From positions 19,255 through 43,254 of the forward strand of contig JBIQHF010000012.1 in NCBI GenBank assembly GCA_044508675.1: a stretch of DNA of 24,000 nucleotides, read 5' to 3'. Of the stretch, positions 15,649-23,244 are shown piece after piece. The number at the start of each line of letters is the position of its first letter. Positions within the stretch are counted from its first letter, which is position 1. The DNA is from Propionibacteriaceae bacterium. GTDB lineage: Bacteria; Actinomycetota; Actinomycetes; Propionibacteriales; Propionibacteriaceae. The translations under genes were made by a program, and so were the position numbers. Under the pieces are notes generated by a model. That model worked only from the letters and a program-made list of their open reading frames with translations, made no database searches and was not told the DNA's origin.

Positions 15649-15660
15649 GGCCACCCCGCC

Positions 15661-15688
15661 AGTCACCAGGAGACAGTCACCAGGAGAC
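15661..15688. repeat. Perfect 14-bp tandem duplication covering the ALDH-1 stop codon
   Basis: AGTCACCAGGAGAC occurs twice (15661-15674, 15675-15688). On the minus strand the last codons plus stop (GTC TCC TGG TGA) are repeated immediately downstream. Confidence 0.9.
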
Positions 15689-17125
15689 CGCGGTGTACTT
15701 GCTCTCCAGGTAGGCCAGCAGGCCCTCATGGCCGCCCTCGCGGCCGAATCCGCTCTCCTTCCAGCCGCCGAACGGGGCGGCCGGATCGGAGACCACGCCG
15801 CGGTTGATGCCGACCATGCCGGTCTCGAGCCGGTCCGAGATGTACAGGCCGGACGTCAGGTCCTGCGTCATGACGTACGCGACCAGTCCGGCGTCGACCG
15901 CGTTGGCCCGCTCGATAACGTCGTCGACGTCGGTGAACGTGGCGACGGGGGCGACCGGCCCGAAGATCTCCTCCTGCATCGCCCGGGCGTCCAGGGGCAC
16001 GTTGCGCAGCAGCGTCGGCTGCAGGAAGTAGCCGGGGGAGTCGACGGCGTGGCCGCCGGTCGCGACCGCGGCACCGCGGTCGTCGGCGTCGGCGATCAGT
16101 TCGAGGATGCCGTCGCGCTCCTTGCGGCTGGCCATCGCGCCGAGGTCCACGCCCGGCTCCAGGCCGTGGCCGACGGTCAGCCTGGACATCGCCTCCGCGA
16201 AGCGGCGGGAGAACTCGGCCTCGACCGACTCGTGCACGTAGAAGCGGTTCGCGGCGGTGCAGGCCTGGCCGCCGTTGCGCAGCTTGGCGACCATGGCGCT
16301 CGCCACGGCGACATCCAGGTCGGCATCGGCCAGCACGATGAACGGGGCGTTGCCGCCCAGCTCCATCGACGTCCGCATCACGTTCTGGGCGGCCTGTCCG
16401 ATCAGGATCTTGCCGACCTCGGTCGAGCCGGTGAAGGACAGCTTGCGGACCCGCTTGTCCGCCATCATCGCCGCGACGGTGGACGAGGACGAGGAGGGGG
16501 TGACCACGTTGACCACCCCGGCCGGGGCGCCGGCCTCCTCGAAGACCTGCGCCATCGCCAGCGCGGTCAGCGGGGTCTCCTTGGCCGGCTTCAGCACGAC
16601 GGTGCAGCCGGCGGCCAGCGCCGGGCCGATCTTGCGGGTCGCCATCGCGGCCGGGAAGTTCCACGGGGTGACGAACAGCGACACCCCCACCGGGTGCATC
16701 GTGGTGAGGATCCGGTAGCCGCCGGCGGGTGCGGTGGTGACGGTGCCCTGCACCCGGCAGGCCTCCTCGGAGAACCACCGCAGGAACTCCGCCGCGTAGT
16801 TGACCTCGGCGACCGCATCGCCCAGGGACTTGCCGCTCTCCAGGGTGATCAGCTTCGCGAAGTCGTCACGCTGGGCGATCATCAGCTCGAACGAGCGTCG
16901 CAGCACCTCCCCGCGCGCCCGCGGCGGGGTCGCCGCCCACTCGGCCGCCGCGCCGTCGGCGGCGGCCACCGCGGCCAGGCAGTCGTCGATCGTGGAGTCG
17001 GTGATCTCGGTGATGGGGGTGCCCCTGCCGGGATCCTCCACCGGGAACGTGCTCCCGTCCGACGCGCCGCGCCACTCGCCGCCGATGAACTGCTTGCCTT
17101 CCAGGGCCTTTTCGTAGGCTGTCAT
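15677..17125 (-). CDS. NAD(P)-dependent aldehyde dehydrogenase, GabD/succinate-semialdehyde-dehydrogenase-like (paralogue 1)
   Basis: 482 aa. ALDH motifs are FVTPWNFP, catalytic Glu in MELGGNAP, catalytic Cys in GQACTAANR and EEIFGPV. SD is GGAGGATAGGAG. Confidence 0.9.
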   Translation of the reverse strand: MTAYEKALEGKQFIGGEWRGASDGSTFPVEDPGRGTPITEITDSTIDDCLAAVAAADGAAAEWAATPPRARGEVLRRSFELMIAQRDDFAKLITLESGKSLGDAVAEVNYAAEFLRWFSEEACRVQGTVTTAPAGGYRILTTMHPVGVSLFVTPWNFPAAMATRKIGPALAAGCTVVLKPAKETPLTALAMAQVFEEAGAPAGVVNVVTPSSSSSTVAAMMADKRVRKLSFTGSTEVGKILIGQAAQNVMRTSMELGGNAPFIVLADADLDVAVASAMVAKLRNGGQACTAANRFYVHESVEAEFSRRFAEAMSRLTVGHGLEPGVDLGAMASRKERDGILELIADADDRGAAVATGGHAVDSPGYFLQPTLLRNVPLDARAMQEEIFGPVAPVATFTDVDDVIERANAVDAGLVAYVMTQDLTSGLYISDRLETGMVGINRGVVSDPAAPFGGWKESGFGREGGHEGLLAYLESKYTAVSW

Positions 17126-17134
17126 GCTCCTATC

Positions 17135-17158
17135 CTCCCCCCATGCCCGTGGGGGGAG
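17135..17158 (-). other. Intercistronic GC hairpin overlapping the ALDH-1 Shine-Dalgarno region
   Basis: CTCCCCCC (17135-17142) / GGGGGGAG (17151-17158) form an 8-bp stem with an 8-nt loop. In the mRNA the 3' arm GGGGGGAG is part of the purine-rich SD tract. Confidence 0.4.
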
Positions 17159-17170
17159 AACAGGGGACGG

Positions 17171-17947
17171 TCACCCCAGGAACTCGGCGAGCAGGCCTCG
17201 GATCTGTTCGGGGGCCTCGTGGTTGCAGATGTGGCCACTGTCGGTGACGACCCGCAGATCGGCGTGGTCGAGGCGGTCGGCCATCGCGGTCATCGCGTCG
17301 ACGGGGCCGCCGCCGTGGTCGTGCTCGGCGGCCACGAGCAGGGTCGGTACGGCGAGGGCCGGCAGCCGGTCCTCGAAGTCCATCTCGATGAACGCGCCGA
17401 CGTAGGCCACGTAGCCCTCGACCGAGCTGTGGCGGAAGCCGGCCCTGAGCGCTTCGGCGACCTCGGGGTGTGCGGCGCGGAACTCGGCGGACAACCAGCG
17501 GTCGACGGTGGCCCCGGCCAGCTCGTTCAGCCCGTGGTCGCGCGCGTACGCCTGGCGGTCGCGCCAGAAGTCGCGTCGGCCCTCCGGCTGGCGGGGGCGG
17601 CAGCAGCAGGCGACGATCCGCTCCACCCGGTCCGGATGCTCCAGGCCGAGCACCAGCGTGGTCGACCCGCCGAAGCCGAGCCCCACCATGCTGGAGCGCT
17701 CGATGCCCAGCTCGTCCCACAGCTGCACGATGCCCGCGGCCACCCCCTCGATCCGCAGGTCGGGGGGAGGGGCCTCGCTCTCGCCGCAGCCCCATGGCTC
17801 GAAGCGGAGCACCCGGTGGGTGGCGGACAGCTCCTCGGCCTGGCGGGCCCAGAACGTCGCGTCGTTGCCGATGCCGGGCACGAAGGTCACCCATGGCGCC
17901 CCCTCGGGCCCGGCGACGTACGACTGCAGGTGCGGCAGACCGGCCAT
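17171..17947 (-). CDS. Alpha/beta-hydrolase-fold protein (3-oxoadipate enol-lactonase-like) with Gly at the nucleophile position
   Basis: 258 aa from the ATG at 17947, 1 nt after the upstream VOC stop. Fold markers are the oxyanion region FVPGIGND, the acid in AAEHDHGG and the His in DSGHICNHEAP. The nucleophile elbow reads G-L-G-F-G-G (17666-17683) instead of G-x-S-x-G. Confidence 0.8.
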   Translation of the reverse strand: MAGLPHLQSYVAGPEGAPWVTFVPGIGNDATFWARQAEELSATHRVLRFEPWGCGESEAPPPDLRIEGVAAGIVQLWDELGIERSSMVGLGFGGSTTLVLGLEHPDRVERIVACCCRPRQPEGRRDFWRDRQAYARDHGLNELAGATVDRWLSAEFRAAHPEVAEALRAGFRHSSVEGYVAYVGAFIEMDFEDRLPALAVPTLLVAAEHDHGGGPVDAMTAMADRLDHADLRVVTDSGHICNHEAPEQIRGLLAEFLG

Positions 17948-17948
17948 C

Positions 17949-18524
17949 TCAGGCACCCTTCGGGGTCGGGCGCTGGTGCGGGGCGCCGGGGATGAAGTCG
18001 TCGGTCGTGCCGGCCTGGAAGCCCTCCAGGGCCTCCAGGGCGACGCCGTCGACGTAGTACAGCTCGGTGTAGCAGCCGATGGCCTCGCGGGTGTCCCAGT
18101 AGCTCCACTTGCAGTTGCCGGCCTCCGCGGTGAACCAACCGGCCATCGCCTTGACCAGGCCCTTGGTGGCGTAGTGCGCCTCGGCCGCCTCGAACTCGGC
18201 CAGGTCCTGCACCCGGAAGCCGATGTGGTGCGGTCCGGTGCCGTGCTCGTCGAGCCAGTCCCGGTAGATGGAGCGACCACCGTCGTGCTCGGCGAGCTCG
18301 ATCAGCGTGTCGCCGGCGAAGCCGTACGCACAGCTGAACTGGAAGTCCTCCGGCTCGCCCCAGTACTCCTTGTCGACCTGGTGCCTTGCCAGGTCGTACG
18401 CCTTGGACCAGCGCTCCACGCCGCTGACCGTACGCCAGTGCTCGATCGCGATGTCCAGGTCCTCGACCACGAAGCAGATCTGGTCGAAGGACCTGCCGAT
18501 GAAGGCCGGGATGTCGTCAGCCAT
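17949..18524 (-). CDS. VOC-superfamily (glyoxalase/bleomycin-resistance/dioxygenase fold) protein
   Basis: 191 aa. Paired beta-alpha-beta-beta-beta module signatures are QICFVVEDLD...IELAE and GPHHIGFRV...TELYY. SD is GAGGAGAA. Confidence 0.78.
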   Translation of the reverse strand: MADDIPAFIGRSFDQICFVVEDLDIAIEHWRTVSGVERWSKAYDLARHQVDKEYWGEPEDFQFSCAYGFAGDTLIELAEHDGGRSIYRDWLDEHGTGPHHIGFRVQDLAEFEAAEAHYATKGLVKAMAGWFTAEAGNCKWSYWDTREAIGCYTELYYVDGVALEALEGFQAGTTDDFIPGAPHQRPTPKGA

Positions 18525-18548
18525 GTCGTTCTCCTCGTGCCGGGCCGC

Positions 18549-20048
18549 TCACCAGGAGACGGCGGTGTACTTGCTCTCCAGGTACTCCAGCAGGCCCTCG
18601 TGGCCGCCCTCCTTGCCGATCCCGGACTCCTTCCAGCCGCCGAACGGGGCCGCCGGGTCGGAGACCTTGCCGCGGTTGATACCGACCATGCCGGCCTCGA
18701 TCCGGCCGGCCAGGCCCATGCCCTGCGCCAGGTCGGTGGTCTGGACGAAGGCGACCAGGCCGACCTCGACGTCATTGGCCTGCTCGATCACGTCCTCTAG
18801 CTCGGTGAAGGTCACGATCGGGGCGACCGGGCCGAAGATCTCCTCGCGGATGCAGCGGGCATCGCGCGGCACGTTGCGCAGCAGCGTCGGCTGCAGGAAG
18901 TAGCCGGGGGAGTCCACCGCCTCGCCGCCACAGACCAGCTCGGCGCCGCGGGCCTTCGCGTCCTCGATCAGCTCGAGCATGCCGTCGCGCTCCTTGCGGG
19001 TGACCATCGCGCCGAGGTTGTTGTCCGGGTCCAGGCCGTGGCCGACCCGCAGCCCACCCATGGCTGCGGCGAACCGCTCGACGAACTCGGCCTCGACCGA
19101 CTCGTGCACGTAGAAGCGGTTCGCGGCGGTGCAGGACTGGCCGCCGTTGCGGAACTTGGCGACCATGGCGCTGGCCACGGCGACGTCCAGGTCGGCGTCC
19201 GGCAGGACGATGAAGGGGGCGTTGCCGCCCAGCTCCATGGACGTCCGCAGGACGCGCTTGGCCGCCTGCCCCATCAGGACCTTGCCGACGCCGGTCGACC
19301 CGGTGAAGGAGATCTTCGCGACCCGGGGGTCGGCCATCATCGCCGCGACCGTGGCCGACGACCTCGACGGCGTGACGACGTTGATCACGCCGGCCGGGAC
19401 ACCGGCCTGCTCGAAGACCGCCGCCATCGCGAGTGCGGTCAGCGGGGTCTCCTTGGCCGGCTTGAGGATGGTGGTGCAGCCGGCGGCCAGGGCCGGGCCG
19501 ATCTTGCGGGTCGCCATTGCGGCCGGGAAGTTCCACGGGGTGACGAAGAGCGAGACGCCGACCGGGTGCAGGGTGGTGACGATGTTGTAGTCCCCGGTGG
19601 GGGCGGTGGTGACCGTCCCGCCGGCGCGGCAGGCCTCCTCGGAGAACCAGCGCAGGAACTCGGCGCCGTAGTCGACCTCGCCCTGGGCCTCGGCGTACGC
19701 CTTGCCCGACTCCAGTGAGATCAGCCTGGCGATGTCGTCGCGGTGGGCGATCATCAGGTCGAACGCCCGCCGCAGGATCTCACCACGGGTCCGGGGGGCG
19801 GTGGCGGCCCAGTCCGCGGCCGCCGCATCTGCGGCGGCCACCGCTGCCAGGCAATCCTCCAGGGTAGAATCCGCGACCTGCGCGAAGACCTGTGCCGTGC
19901 CCGGGTCCTCGACGCCGAAGGTGGCTCCGCTCGAGGCGTCGCGCCACTGGCCGCCGATGTACTGCTGGCCCGCCATGGCCCGCTCGTACGCCGTCATCGT
20001 CCCGGCGCCCCGGACCGACTGTTCGGTGCTCATCGTCTCGGTGCTCAT
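18549..20048 (-). CDS. NAD(P)-dependent aldehyde dehydrogenase, GabD-like (paralogue 2)
   Basis: 499 aa with the same motifs as paralogue 1 (MELGGNAP, GQSCTAANR). Strong SD AAGGAG before the ATG at 20048. The first 17 aa are an extension relative to paralogue 1, so an alternative start at MTAYERA cannot be excluded. Confidence 0.9.
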   Translation of the reverse strand: MSTETMSTEQSVRGAGTMTAYERAMAGQQYIGGQWRDASSGATFGVEDPGTAQVFAQVADSTLEDCLAAVAAADAAAADWAATAPRTRGEILRRAFDLMIAHRDDIARLISLESGKAYAEAQGEVDYGAEFLRWFSEEACRAGGTVTTAPTGDYNIVTTLHPVGVSLFVTPWNFPAAMATRKIGPALAAGCTTILKPAKETPLTALAMAAVFEQAGVPAGVINVVTPSRSSATVAAMMADPRVAKISFTGSTGVGKVLMGQAAKRVLRTSMELGGNAPFIVLPDADLDVAVASAMVAKFRNGGQSCTAANRFYVHESVEAEFVERFAAAMGGLRVGHGLDPDNNLGAMVTRKERDGMLELIEDAKARGAELVCGGEAVDSPGYFLQPTLLRNVPRDARCIREEIFGPVAPIVTFTELEDVIEQANDVEVGLVAFVQTTDLAQGMGLAGRIEAGMVGINRGKVSDPAAPFGGWKESGIGKEGGHEGLLEYLESKYTAVSW

Positions 20049-20052
20049 CGTC
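20023..20052. repeat. Perfect 15-bp tandem duplication containing the ALDH-2 start codon
   Basis: TCGGTGCTCATCGTC occurs twice (20023-20037, 20038-20052). The minus strand reads GACGATGAGCACCGA twice, giving MSTET-MSTEQ. Confidence 0.9.
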
Positions 20053-20063
20053 GTTCTCCTTCT

Positions 20064-21080
20064 TCAGGCCTGGACGCGACCGGCCATGAAGGCCTCGTCC
20101 GGGTCGTCGGTGCAGGGCAGCCCGGCGGCCTTCAGGCCGGCACGCAGCGCCTTCATGTGCTTGTCGGGCAGGCGGGTCATCGGGTGGCGCAGCGCACCGC
20201 CGTTGAAGCCGGCCAGCCAGTCCTGGTACTTCCAGGACGTACGGTTCAGCGTCGAGATGCCCGGCATGTACGAGGAGCCGACCGCGTCATTGGCCAGGCG
20301 CGCCGGCATGGTGGCCCAGAACGACTCCATCGCCTGCTCCCACTGACCGTTGCGGGCCATCGCGAACGCCTTGGGGTAGTAGTCGCTCATCCACTGGGTG
20401 TTCGAGGTGCCGGAGAACTGGATGTCCAGCACGTCCATCAGCGGCAGGCACTGGTTCTCGATCGGGTGGTTGACGACGATGTCGTCCTTGAAGTGGTGCA
20501 TCATCTCGACGATGCCGATCGGCTGCGGGTAGCCCTGCTCGGCCTTGATCGCGACCACGTTGGGGATCGTGTCGATCATCTTGCGGATCAGTGCGACCGA
20601 CATGCCGGCCGGGTGGACGCGCTCGAAGCCCCACAGCGGGATCGGGAACAGCATCACGGCCAGGTCGACCGCATCGCAGAAGGCCTTGGTGTAGTCGTAG
20701 ATCTGCTGCTCGCTGGTCGGCCAGAACTGGGCCGGGTAGGATAGCAGGGCGATGTCGGCACCGGCCTTCTCGGCCAGCTTGGCCGCGTAGATGTTCTCCT
20801 CCAGGGTTGGGAAGGCCGCGTGGAAGAACAGCTTGGTGCGTCCCGCGGAGGCCTCGCGCGCCACGGCGGTGAACTCGGCGTTCTCCTCCGGGGTGATGTT
20901 GGTCTCCGCCATGACCAGCGTGTAGTCGTAGCCGAGCTCGGCGATCTTGTTGATGTCGTACGCGATCGCGTTGCGGTTGAGCTGCTTCAGGTCGGGGGTG
21001 AAGGAGGGATTGCTCACCCCGGACACGCCGACCAGGTGCTCCCGGGCCCAGTCCCGCGCCTCGTTCTTCTGGTAGTCCAT
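20064..21080 (-). CDS. DHDPS/N-acetylneuraminate-lyase-family class I (Schiff-base) aldolase/hydratase-aldolase-like protein
   Basis: 338 aa TIM-barrel-type sequence. Candidate Schiff-base Lys is in NVVAIKAEQG. Overall layout resembles DapA-family members, including the hydratase-aldolase (NahE-like) and Pyr4H2C-deaminase branches. The GxxGE motif is degenerate (MAETN). The stop overlaps the SD of ALDH-2. Confidence 0.75.
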   Translation of the reverse strand: MDYQKNEARDWAREHLVGVSGVSNPSFTPDLKQLNRNAIAYDINKIAELGYDYTLVMAETNITPEENAEFTAVAREASAGRTKLFFHAAFPTLEENIYAAKLAEKAGADIALLSYPAQFWPTSEQQIYDYTKAFCDAVDLAVMLFPIPLWGFERVHPAGMSVALIRKMIDTIPNVVAIKAEQGYPQPIGIVEMMHHFKDDIVVNHPIENQCLPLMDVLDIQFSGTSNTQWMSDYYPKAFAMARNGQWEQAMESFWATMPARLANDAVGSSYMPGISTLNRTSWKYQDWLAGFNGGALRHPMTRLPDKHMKALRAGLKAAGLPCTDDPDEAFMAGRVQA

Positions 21081-21121
21081 GCTGTATCTCCTGTGATCGC
21101 TGGTGGCTCAGTGGTGGGGTG

Positions 21122-22138
21122 CTACTTGTCGATCGGCTGGATCGGGGAGTCGACGACGGTGCCGAGGCCGAGCTGCTCGGCCTTCTCGAGCAGCTGCTCG
21201 GCGACGACGATGTCCTGCAGCGCCGAGCCGACCGACTTGTAGACCACGATCTCGTCGGGGCCGCAGCGGGCCGGGTGCCGGCCGGAGGCAACGTCGGCCA
21301 ACGAGATCAGCCGTCCGTCGAAGTCGATGCCCTCGGCCCTGGCGGCCAGGAAGTCGCCGGTGTCCTCGCTGACCTCCTCGACCATGTCGGCGACGATCCG
21401 GGCGGCGCTGGCCAGCAGGTCGGTGCCAACCTCGCGCTGCTCTGGCAGGGTCGAGCCGATCGACACCACGGTGGTGCCGGGGGCGACCCAGGCGCCTTCG
21501 AGGGTGGGCGACTCGTCGCGGGAGCGGGCCGCGCAGAGGATGACGTCGGCGTCGCGTACGGCCTCCTCGGCGCTGGCCGCCGGCGTGACGGCCACGCCCG
21601 TCTCGGACAGGGCCCGCTCGGTGAAGGACTGCCGTGAGGTCTGGCGCGGGCTGAACACGGTGGCCGAGGCGATCTGGCGGATCTTCGAGACGGCGATGAA
21701 GTGGTTGTAGGCCTCGAAGCCCGAACCGACCACCGCGACCCGCAGCGGTCGGTCCGGGGCGGCGGCGTCGACGAATACCGCGGAAGTGGCTGCGGTCCGC
21801 AGGCCGGTGATGTGGTTGCCATCGACGAGTGCCTTCAAGGTGGCGACCTCGCGGTCGATCAGCACGATCGTGTAGCTGGCCTTCACGTTCTGCCGATTGA
21901 CGGTGATCATCTTCGCCCCGACGTGCTGGCCGGAGGTCGAGATCGCGGTCATGCCGCGCAGCCAGATGCCGGTGTCGCGGGCCATCGAGCGCATCGGGAC
22001 CATCTCGTCGGTGAGATGGCGACCGTACGCGTCACGCAGGGCGTCGATCGCCCCGCGCCAGTCGGCGAGCTGCTCGACGTCGGCGGCGCTCAGCATCCGC
22101 AGGCTGCCGGCGGGGGTGGTGATGGGACTGTGGGACAC
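21122..22138 (-). CDS. Ornithine cyclodeaminase/mu-crystallin-family NAD(P)-dependent enzyme
   Basis: 338 aa with GTG start and SD GAGGAGG. Family-typical stretches are GAKMITVN, ITGLRTAATSAV, the Rossmann motif VAVVGSGFEAYNH and VYKSVGSALQD. Confidence 0.85.
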   Translation of the reverse strand: MSHSPITTPAGSLRMLSAADVEQLADWRGAIDALRDAYGRHLTDEMVPMRSMARDTGIWLRGMTAISTSGQHVGAKMITVNRQNVKASYTIVLIDREVATLKALVDGNHITGLRTAATSAVFVDAAAPDRPLRVAVVGSGFEAYNHFIAVSKIRQIASATVFSPRQTSRQSFTERALSETGVAVTPAASAEEAVRDADVILCAARSRDESPTLEGAWVAPGTTVVSIGSTLPEQREVGTDLLASAARIVADMVEEVSEDTGDFLAARAEGIDFDGRLISLADVASGRHPARCGPDEIVVYKSVGSALQDIVVAEQLLEKAEQLGLGTVVDSPIQPIDK

Positions 22139-22156
22139 GGTGCCTCCTCGGGCGGC

Positions 22157-23083
22157 TCAGACGGGCGAGGAGGCCCAGAGCTTCTGGTCGGGATCGTTGG
22201 CCTGGGCGGCGATCATCGCCTCGGTGATCGCCCCGCCAAGGCCCCACTGGTCCTGGGTCTCCGGCTTCATGTCGTACGTGCGCGGCTCGTGGTTCTCGTC
22301 GTCGACGACCTCCAGCGCAGTGGTGTACTCGTGGACGTTGCCGTTGGGATCGAGGTAGTAGGCGAAGCTGTTGTCACCGGCGGTGTGGCGGCCCGGGCCC
22401 CACAGCATCTCCCGGCCCGCGCGGAGCAGGCGTCCGGAGCCACGCAGGTACTCATCGATCCCGCGCATCTCGAAGGAGATGTGGTTGACCGCGGTGTGCC
22501 GGCCGCGGCCGAGGGCGAGGATGTGGTGCTGGGAGCCGGAGCGCATGAAGCAGAGCACGTTGCCCAGCCAGTCGGTGACCCGCAGCCCCAGGTACTCCTG
22601 GTAGAAGTCGCGCATCGTGTCGATGTTCGGGGTGTTGATCACGAAGTGGCTGAGGCTCTGTGGGACCGACTCGCGCTCCTCGAGCGGGCGGTGCGGCTTC
22701 GCGACCACGTCGGCCGAGACCTCGACCAGGACACCGTCCGGGTCATAGAAACGGACCCCGTAGCCGCCGCCGGGCGTGTCCAGGCAGTGGGGCTCGCGCT
22801 CGATCCGGACGTTGCCGGCGATCAGGCGCTCGGCCAGCCGGTCGACGTCGGCGGCGCTGTGGGCGGCGTACGCGACCAGGTCCATGCCCTTCTGCTCGTC
22901 CTCGCGCAGCCGCATGACGTACTGCTCGGGATCGGCGGGGGTGCCCCAGAAGGACAGCCCGGAGTCATCGGCCACCTTCTCCAGGCCCCACAGGTCCTGG
23001 TAGAAGTCGACCGCTTCGCGGTAGTTCGGGACGGCCAGGGCGACGTGCCGGACGTGGCTGACGGGGCGGAACGGTTCCTGCAT
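22157..23083 (-). CDS. Type I two-domain extradiol ring-cleavage dioxygenase (catechol 2,3-dioxygenase/BphC-like, VOC superfamily)
   Basis: 308 aa. The full active-site set is at expected spacing: His146 (LSHFVIN), His186/187 (SQHHIL), His201 (NHISFE), His233, Tyr242/243 (FAYYLDP) and Glu252 (VHEYT). SD is AAGGAGGAGGAG. Confidence 0.85.
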   Translation of the reverse strand: MQEPFRPVSHVRHVALAVPNYREAVDFYQDLWGLEKVADDSGLSFWGTPADPEQYVMRLREDEQKGMDLVAYAAHSAADVDRLAERLIAGNVRIEREPHCLDTPGGGYGVRFYDPDGVLVEVSADVVAKPHRPLEERESVPQSLSHFVINTPNIDTMRDFYQEYLGLRVTDWLGNVLCFMRSGSQHHILALGRGRHTAVNHISFEMRGIDEYLRGSGRLLRAGREMLWGPGRHTAGDNSFAYYLDPNGNVHEYTTALEVVDDENHEPRTYDMKPETQDQWGLGGAITEAMIAAQANDPDQKLWASSPV

Positions 23084-23208
23084 GGGTACTCCTCCTCCTT
23101 GAGGATTGCGCTCGCTGTCTGTGCGAGGGGCTCGCGGCTGGTGCTGTGATGGGATGAGGCTAGGTGGAATGGGAACTACACCACAAACAATCCCTGATGA
23201 TTCTCTGT

Positions 23209-23223
23209 ATTGATCTCATCGAT
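23209..23223. promoter_or_regulatory. Candidate LysR-type binding site (T-N11-A within an imperfect dyad)
   Basis: ATTGAT-ctc-ATCGAT has 6-bp arms with one mismatch and contains T-N11-A. It lies in the AT-rich part of the divergent intergenic region and overlaps the putative lysR -35. Confidence 0.35.
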
Positions 23224-23238
23224 CTATCCGCCCATACT
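23210..23238 (+). promoter_or_regulatory. Candidate promoter for a leaderless lysR transcript
   Basis: TTGATC (23210-23215), 17 nt, CATACT (23233-23238), 6 nt, then ATG at 23245. No SD sequence. Confidence 0.3.
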
Positions 23239-23244
23239 GGCGGC

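Noticed and set aside
14825-17995. Very long (1056 aa) plus-strand ORF
   Set aside because: It is entirely antisense to three well-supported genes (ABC ATPase, ALDH-1, alpha/beta-fold protein). The product is an Arg/Gly/Asp/Pro-rich string without motifs. This is a typical shadow ORF of high-GC DNA.
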